DNA from: Nitrospirota bacterium
GTDB taxonomy: Bacteria > Nitrospirota > UBA9217
Assembly: GCA_029858565.1 (NCBI GenBank)
Contig: JAOUEV010000004.1
Coordinates: 1 to 64,000 of the forward strand
Reading direction: 5' to 3'
Length of the DNA stretch: 64,000 nucleotides
Shown here one piece after another: positions 58,304 through 64,000 of the stretch; within the stretch, counting starts at the first letter, position 1; the number at the start of each line of letters is the position of its first letter. The position numbers and the translations under genes were made by a program. The notes beneath the pieces are model-generated. The model did not search any database. It was not told where the DNA came from and saw only the letters and a program-made list of their open reading frames with translations.

Positions 58304-59746
58304 ATGCAAAGCGAACCAAACAGATTTCTGACGCAGATCGCCCGCCTCGCGCAAGGACCGGTCTATCTTGTTGGCGGAACAGTACGGGACCTGCTGCTGG
58401 ACAGCCGCACGATCAAGGACAACGATTTGATAATGCCCGCGGGATCGGACCAGGTGGCACGGGCTTTTGCAGCTTCAACAGGCGGCAGTTTCTTCTATCT
58501 TGATGAGGAACGCCATATCAGCCGTGTTATGATCACCGATGAAGCTCTCTCCCTGCAGTTCGACTTTGCCGACTTCGAAGGCAAGGACCTGGAAGCGGAC
58601 CTCGGACGCAGGGATTTCACCATGAACGCCATGGCCCTGGACCTGCGGGATTTCCTGGAGCGGCGATCGCTCGAAAACACGATCGATCTCTTTGGCGGTC
58701 GCGCTGATATTGAACAGCGCCTGATACGGGTCGTTGCTCCCAGCGTTCTGGACGATGACCCGCTGAGAGTGCTTCGTGCGGTGAGGTTCGCAGCAACACT
58801 CGATTTCGACATAGAAGACAAGACCCGGGACGAGATCACTGCCCGCGCCGGATCGATCACGATGCCCTCGCCCGAAAGGCTGCGCGACGAACTATTCCTC
58901 ATCCTGTCGGCATCCGATGTCGAAAGATCGCTTCGGCTCATTGAATCGCTCGGGATCCTGGAGCCGCTCTTTCCCGAACTCAGCTCCTTGCGCGGATTTG
59001 CTCCGGGCAGATATCATCAACATGACATCCTGGCCCATTCTTTCAAGACCGCGGGATATGCGGATCGCGCGCTGGATGACCTGGCCGGACTGGCCGGCGA
59101 CGGAGCGTCACGGATCCGTGATCATCTTCAGGAACCCCTGGAGCAGGGGATCACCAGGATGGCTGCGCTCAGGTTCGCCTGCCTGCTCCATGATGTGGCA
59201 AAAGGAGAGACCTATTCCCGCGAGCCTGACGGAGATGTGCACTTTCACGGCCACGAACAGCTGGGCGCTGACCGGGCTCGCGCGGTGTGTGAGCGGTTCA
59301 GGCTGTCCCGCGCCGTGACCGTGGTGGTTGAGCGGCTCATACGACATCATATGCGGCCGCTGCAGCTGTCTCAGGGCAATGGCCCTTCAAAGCGGGCGCT
59401 CTACCGCTATTGCCGTGATCTGAAGGAGGCGCTTCCGGAAAGCGTTGTGCTGGCGCTTGCCGACGGTCGTGCCACTTCCGAAGCCATGACGTTGGAAGGT
59501 TTCCGGGACACTGGATCGACTGCTGTCGCCATCATGGAGTATTATTATGATAAATTCCTGAAGGCAAAAGATATGCCGCTCGTGACCGGCCAGGACCTTA
59601 TCTCACTGGGTTTGCGACCGGGACCGGTATTCAGGGAACTTCTTGACATGGTCCGGGAGCAGCAGGCCGAAGGCATGGTCCGGGACCGTCAGGCAGCACT
59701 GGACCTGGTGCGAAGAAGGATAGATGGTATTGGACCGAGTAATTGA
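58304..59746 (+). CDS. tRNA nucleotidyltransferase / poly(A) polymerase family protein with HD domain
   Basis: VGGTVRDLLL, D.D, RRDFTMNAMA, DDPLRVLRAVRF, LLHDVAK. Confidence 0.9.
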   Translation: MQSEPNRFLTQIARLAQGPVYLVGGTVRDLLLDSRTIKDNDLIMPAGSDQVARAFAASTGGSFFYLDEERHISRVMITDEALSLQFDFADFEGKDLEADLGRRDFTMNAMALDLRDFLERRSLENTIDLFGGRADIEQRLIRVVAPSVLDDDPLRVLRAVRFAATLDFDIEDKTRDEITARAGSITMPSPERLRDELFLILSASDVERSLRLIESLGILEPLFPELSSLRGFAPGRYHQHDILAHSFKTAGYADRALDDLAGLAGDGASRIRDHLQEPLEQGITRMAALRFACLLHDVAKGETYSREPDGDVHFHGHEQLGADRARAVCERFRLSRAVTVVVERLIRHHMRPLQLSQGNGPSKRALYRYCRDLKEALPESVVLALADGRATSEAMTLEGFRDTGSTAVAIMEYYYDKFLKAKDMPLVTGQDLISLGLRPGPVFRELLDMVREQQAEGMVRDRQAALDLVRRRIDGIGPSN

Positions 59747-59819
59747 TAGATGCTGCCGGATTCAACCATTTCTCGCGCAACGTGTCTCATAAACAGGAAA
59801 GGAAGGATCGGAACTGGCT

Positions 59820-60056
59820 ATGTACGAGAATATGTCGATAGACGAGTTGAAAGCAGAGCTTAAAAAACTGCAAGAGGAACTCTGTGATATCGAGGATGTT
59901 CATGCGTTCACCTTTGTAAAGACATCGGTCCATATAGGAGCTGAGAAGGCCCAGAACATGCAGGAAGAGTACGATGAAGACTGCCGGGTCCTGCGGGAAA
60001 AGATAGTTTTGCTGGAGAAACGAATCCAGGAGATCGAATCACCCCCTAATGTGTGA
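59820..60056 (+). CDS. Small coiled-coil hypothetical protein
   Basis: 78-aa acidic heptad ORF with purine-rich upstream region. Confidence 0.65.
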   Translation: MYENMSIDELKAELKKLQEELCDIEDVHAFTFVKTSVHIGAEKAQNMQEEYDEDCRVLREKIVLLEKRIQEIESPPNV

Positions 60057-60184
60057 ATATGCAATGATTTGAAACTGTTGTGAGGAAATAGTCTCAAATG
60101 ATGCTTGCACATTTTCTCAAATTATGGTATCTATCTATTTCAATCAGGAAATCCTGATCAAACATCACTTAGGAGGGGAAACGG

Positions 60185-60463
60185 ATGAAAAAGCTTTCAG
60201 TTGTCATCGTCGTTGTGTTGTCTCTGTGTCTCGTTGCATCGATCGCTTTTGCTGGTGATACCAAGAAGGGCGTTGTGAAGAGCATTGATGAGAAGGCCGG
60301 AACCGTGGTCCTGACCATTGATGGCAAGGACGAGACGCTTAAGGCTGACAAGGCTGTTGACCTGAAGTCCGTCAAGGCCGGTTCAAAGGTGAAGGCTGTG
60401 GTCGAGGGTGACTCTGTGAAGTCCATCGCCATTGACAAGCCCAAGGCCGCTGTGGGCTGCTAA
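60185..60463 (+). CDS. Small secreted beta-rich (OB-fold-like) protein
   Basis: AGGAGG RBS, signal peptide ending AFA, GVVKSID...VKAG.KV pattern. Confidence 0.8.
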   Translation: MKKLSVVIVVVLSLCLVASIAFAGDTKKGVVKSIDEKAGTVVLTIDGKDETLKADKAVDLKSVKAGSKVKAVVEGDSVKSIAIDKPKAAVGC

Positions 60464-60480
60464 TAGTTTGTAGGTTTCTG

Positions 60481-60516
60481 CGGGCCGTCTCCTCGGAGAC
60501 GGCCCGTTCTGTTTCT
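60481..60516 (+). terminator. Intrinsic terminator-like hairpin
   Basis: CGGGCCGTCTCC-TC-GGAGACGGCCCG followed by TTCTGTTTCT. Confidence 0.75.
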
Positions 60517-60600
60517 ATCGTCATTATTCGATGTTCCTTGACGTCTCATGTTCTCTCCGCTTTCCCTTCAGTCCTTTTGGAACAATAGCATTCACGACCA

Positions 60601-63312
60601 TCAGTAATCATAGCCTGCCGAGAAGTAGGCTTGATACCTTCGGTCCTCGCCCGCGCCGAAGTCCAGCCGGACCGGTCCGATGATGGTGTCTGCATGCAGT
60701 CCCGCAGAGCCTCCGGTCAGCACGTCGCGTGAGGAGATCGATTCCCTGCTGTCCCAGATATTACCGCCATTTCCCTGCAGGACCAGGTAGACCGCTTTGA
60801 TCGCCTTGAGCTGATAATCAATGAAGCGCCACCGATATGCGAATGAAAGAGCGATAACGTTCGCACCGATGAACTCGCGGCGCTGATATCCCAACAAGGG
60901 AATACTGATCAGGCTGTCCGCACCGCCCAGGCCGTATAGGTCCTGATAGAGAAGGGTTCCGCTGCCAAAGCCTGCCTGGCAATCCATGACAGCAATATGA
61001 CGTTCTGCAATGGGGATAACCGACTGGACGGAGAGCGAGGTCTTCCTGAAATTGCTATCGCCGCCATATGAATCCGCCGCTGTCTCATAGGATCCCTTGA
61101 ACAGGAATCCGGAGCGGGGAAAAAGACTGCTGTCGCGCGTATCGATCGTGGTCAGGAACGCCAGGCTCCCGGTCCGGACCGGATTGTCCTGCGCGGGGAA
61201 TCCGTAGATCCCGACAAGACGCTCAGAAGAGAGTCGATAGCGAAGGTAGGTATCGCCGAAGCGGAACCACTGGTAGCCAAATGAAAAATCAGCACCCGAC
61301 CTGCTCACATCCGCTGCTCCGGTCCTTTCCTGGTCCTGGTACAGATAATACGTACGGTTATGGTAAAAACCCTCGAGGCGATGTATGAATGATGTGTTGA
61401 TCAGGACCGGGGAAGTATAGCCCATGGTCACATCCGTGGCGTTGCCGTATCTCGTAAGGATCGAGAACTGGATGCCCTTGCCGAGCAGATTGTCCACTAC
61501 GATATCGGTCAGGCCGGTGAACACGTCGTCGGTATCGTACCGCAGACCCAGCCGGACCGTACCCCGTGGTTTTTCCCGCACTTTAAGCGTCAGATCAATC
61601 CCGCCGTTGCGGTTTTCCTGGACATCGACATTCAGGGTCTCAAAGTAGTTCAGCCCGTAGAGCTTCCGGATGTCCTCGCTCAGGACTAATAAATTGAGCG
61701 GAACGCCTGGCTCGGTCTTCATCTCCCTGTCCATAAGCGAGGTGGTGGTCCGACGATGGCCGCTTAGTCTGAGCGAGTCAAGACGTCCTTCGTTGACGAC
61801 AAGGGAAAGTGTCCTGCCGTCAGGCAGCATGCCGGCATGCTCGATATGGACAAGCAGGAAGCCCTTGTCCCGGTAACGTTTTACCACGCTTTCCAGGGCA
61901 CTGATCACCCTGGTAGAGGAAAGCGGTGTTCCTAGCTGACCGTCGAGCTCATCCATGATCTCTCCTGCGGGGATCATGGCGGTCCCGGCGATGGCAATTG
62001 CATCGACCACCGGATTCTCGACAATGGTCAGTATGGCCTCGTAGACATTCCCGCGGGGGACGAGTTGCAGGGACAGGTCGGAAAAAACGCCAATGCGGTA
62101 CAGGTCAGCCAGCGCATGATCAATATCCACGCTGGTCCACTCCCGATGAACCTGCAGAGGGAAAGCGGCAAGGATCGCGGCCGCGTCCATGTGTTTATTT
62201 CCCTGGACGGACAATCCTGCAATCGGATAGGGGCCGCCAGTCGATCTGCCGCCATTCTTTGCTGCCAGAATCTCTTTGATCATGGGAAGGGGGGCGCGAG
62301 CGGCTTCTTCACCACGCCGCATGATCGCATCCATCCGGTCGAAATCGGTGAACGAAAAGCCTTCAGTGACCGGGGATATCAGAATATCGGCAAGCTTCGC
62401 CTGGCGCTCCGTCTCTTTTCTGACGGGGATCGAAATCGACTGGCCCATGACCTCTACGAGCGAAGTCAGGCGTTCTCTCCGCTCAAGCGGCGATGATGCG
62501 TCAACGGCGATCACGATATCTGCTCCCAGTGACCGGACAACGTCCACGGGAAGATTATTCACCAGGCCTCCGTCCACCATGAGCTTTCCATGAATCTCTA
62601 CCGGGGGGAACAGGCCGGGAATCGCGGAGCTGGCGCGGATCGCGTCATGGAGCAGGCCTTTTCCTATCGCTCTGGCGTCGCCGGTCTCAAGGTCCGCGGC
62701 CACTGCGCGAAAGGGGATGGAGAGACGGTCAAAATCCAAACCTGCCTGCAGTGATGGGGCCAGGGTATGTGTCATGAGCAGGTCCGTCAGCTTCTGGCCT
62801 GCGGTCAGTCCCGGAGGAGCGACGAAGCGTCCGCCGATAAAGCTGAACTGGAGCAAATGACGGCTGCCGGCATCCTTCCGGTCCTGGGTCAGAAACACGC
62901 GCGGCGGCGTATCCGTGAAAAGATCGTTCCAGTCGTTCTCGGTAAAGATCCTTTCGATCTCAACGGGAGAATACCCCGCCGCGGCGAAGCCGCCGATGAT
63001 GGCTCCCATGCTCGTTCCGGCTATGGCGTCCACAGCGATCCCCTCGCTCCTGAGCAGATTCAGTACGCCCAGCGAAGCTGCCGCCTTGGCGCCGCCGCCT
63101 GCCAGCGCCAGGCCGATCCGCGGCCTGCCTTTGAGATCAGGAGAAACCACGGTCCTGATGCCGCCGTATTTTAATTGATAGGAAGGAACGAATATCTTGG
63201 TGTCCCTGGTCCGGTCTGTAGGGGAGTTCGCGGGAACTGCGGCAGGGGCCGGAAGAGCTGCAAACACGATCAACGTGTGAACCAGCGCCGGCAAGAATCT
63301 GAGGCGGAACAT
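60601..63312 (-). CDS. Patatin-like phospholipase, POTRA repeats and Omp85-type beta-barrel (PlpD / type Vd-like)
   Basis: Signal peptide, GGGAKA, GTSMG, DGG; about three POTRA-like units; barrel ending YFSAGYDY. Confidence 0.88.
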   Translation of the reverse strand: MFRLRFLPALVHTLIVFAALPAPAAVPANSPTDRTRDTKIFVPSYQLKYGGIRTVVSPDLKGRPRIGLALAGGGAKAAASLGVLNLLRSEGIAVDAIAGTSMGAIIGGFAAAGYSPVEIERIFTENDWNDLFTDTPPRVFLTQDRKDAGSRHLLQFSFIGGRFVAPPGLTAGQKLTDLLMTHTLAPSLQAGLDFDRLSIPFRAVAADLETGDARAIGKGLLHDAIRASSAIPGLFPPVEIHGKLMVDGGLVNNLPVDVVRSLGADIVIAVDASSPLERRERLTSLVEVMGQSISIPVRKETERQAKLADILISPVTEGFSFTDFDRMDAIMRRGEEAARAPLPMIKEILAAKNGGRSTGGPYPIAGLSVQGNKHMDAAAILAAFPLQVHREWTSVDIDHALADLYRIGVFSDLSLQLVPRGNVYEAILTIVENPVVDAIAIAGTAMIPAGEIMDELDGQLGTPLSSTRVISALESVVKRYRDKGFLLVHIEHAGMLPDGRTLSLVVNEGRLDSLRLSGHRRTTTSLMDREMKTEPGVPLNLLVLSEDIRKLYGLNYFETLNVDVQENRNGGIDLTLKVREKPRGTVRLGLRYDTDDVFTGLTDIVVDNLLGKGIQFSILTRYGNATDVTMGYTSPVLINTSFIHRLEGFYHNRTYYLYQDQERTGAADVSRSGADFSFGYQWFRFGDTYLRYRLSSERLVGIYGFPAQDNPVRTGSLAFLTTIDTRDSSLFPRSGFLFKGSYETAADSYGGDSNFRKTSLSVQSVIPIAERHIAVMDCQAGFGSGTLLYQDLYGLGGADSLISIPLLGYQRREFIGANVIALSFAYRWRFIDYQLKAIKAVYLVLQGNGGNIWDSRESISSRDVLTGGSAGLHADTIIGPVRLDFGAGEDRRYQAYFSAGYDY

Positions 63313-63406
63313 GTTCTACTATACCACAGGCCCGGACCGGTATCTATGTGGTTGAAGCACTGCAGGATGGGGGCGCAGGTCGGTTGAAAAGATCGTATGA
63401 TGTATG

Positions 63407-63436
63407 AAAAAGGGCTCCGGAGATGATCCGGAGCCC
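63407..63436 (-). terminator. Intrinsic terminator of the 63468-63719 gene
   Basis: GGGCTCCGGA-N5-TCCGGAGCCC with a T5 run on the minus strand. Confidence 0.8.
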
Positions 63437-63467
63437 GTACTGTTCCTGCTGCTGGAACGAAGCTGTC

Positions 63468-63719
63468 TTACTTGTCCTTTACTTCGATCTCCGCGGCGCG
63501 GGACTCGTACTTCACCGTGACCTTGGCGCCGACCTTCACGTCGCCTTTGATCTTGGTGTTGGCGTCCTTTGCCATTTCGAACTTCTCGCCGTTCTTGTCT
63601 ACCACGATCACGTTGTCCTTTACTTCCAGGACCTTGCCGGTGAACTGATAGGTCTTGCCGGCGAATGCAACCGATGCTACCAGGAACAAGGCAACTGCAA
63701 CCACTGCTGCGCGTTTCAT
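63468..63719 (-). CDS. Small secreted beta-rich (OB-fold-like) protein
   Basis: AGGAGG RBS, signal peptide ending AFA, TYQFTGKVLEV...VKVGAKVTVKY. Confidence 0.85.
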   Translation of the reverse strand: MKRAAVVAVALFLVASVAFAGKTYQFTGKVLEVKDNVIVVDKNGEKFEMAKDANTKIKGDVKVGAKVTVKYESRAAEIEVKDK

Positions 63720-63752
63720 AAGATACCTCCTTGCGGGGATGAAATGATAAGA

Positions 63753-63781
63753 AATATATCGCATGGCACTATGCATGTCAA
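63753..63781 (-). promoter_or_regulatory. Sigma70 promoter
   Basis: Minus strand TTGACA-N17-TATATT. Confidence 0.8.
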
Positions 63782-63805
63782 GGGCAGCGCCCCCGTTCTA
63801 TACCG

Positions 63806-64000
63806 TCAACGCTTGCGTCCGCCTCCCAGGATGGATCCCAATACACCCCGGATGATTTGGCGGCCGATCTGGCTGCCGATGGCACGTGCGGCGCTCTTTG
63901 CCATGGCCCCGAGGATGTCGGCGGTCTCGGATTTTGGCTCGCGGCCTTTCCGCGGAGCATCGGCAGCACCGGCGGGCTGTTCCGCTCCGGCGCGTTCCTT
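63806..64000 (-). CDS. C-terminal end of a DUF853/YjgR-like ATPase (5' part outside window)
   Basis: Frame absent from the ORF track reads ...AMAKSAARAIGSQIGRQIIRGVLGSILGGGRKR*, resembling the YjgR-family tail. Confidence 0.7.
   Translation of the reverse strand, partial: KERAGAEQPAGAADAPRKGREPKSETADILGAMAKSAARAIGSQIGRQIIRGVLGSILGGGRKR

Noticed and set aside
63778-63969. 63-aa ORF in the track
   Set aside because: Another minus frame gives a recognisable DUF853/YjgR-like C-terminus ending at 63806

Overview
GC-rich bacterial DNA, probably Nitrospirota/Desulfobacterota-like (inferred from gene content only), with four blocks. (1) 1-19.8 kb is a co-directional signalling superoperon. It opens with a CheC/CheD-type chemosensory cluster: poly-HAMP chemoreceptor, cheW, cheY, cheB, a second cheY, a receptor lacking its signalling hairpin, cheA, cheC, cheD. 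This runs directly into a PAS/KaiA-like gene, kaiB and a double-domain kaiC, then a REC-PAS-GAF histidine kinase, a REC-REC-GGDEF cyclase, a HEAT-repeat protein and an HD-GYP protein. This is the most interesting element: a candidate non-cyanobacterial KaiA-like/B/C timer with a PAS input, placed between a chemosensory array and c-di-GMP output. (2) 21.8-40.7 kb holds a GH100-like hydrolase and an alpha-glucan/trehalose cluster (glgE, treS-mak, glgB, glgC, treZ, GH57, treY). (3) 41-54 kb holds two multi-sensor kinases, a sigma54 activator, an MCP, a STAS protein and two gene remnants. (4) 54-64 kb is mostly housekeeping/envelope genes (MglA-like GTPase, ispD, ispF, cysE, CCA-family enzyme, patatin-POTRA-barrel protein). 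Several intergenic inverted-repeat families punctuate the operons, and one palindromic element sits in frame inside a kinase. I saw no rRNA, tRNA, CRISPR array or transposase. All calls come from reading motifs; no database search was run.
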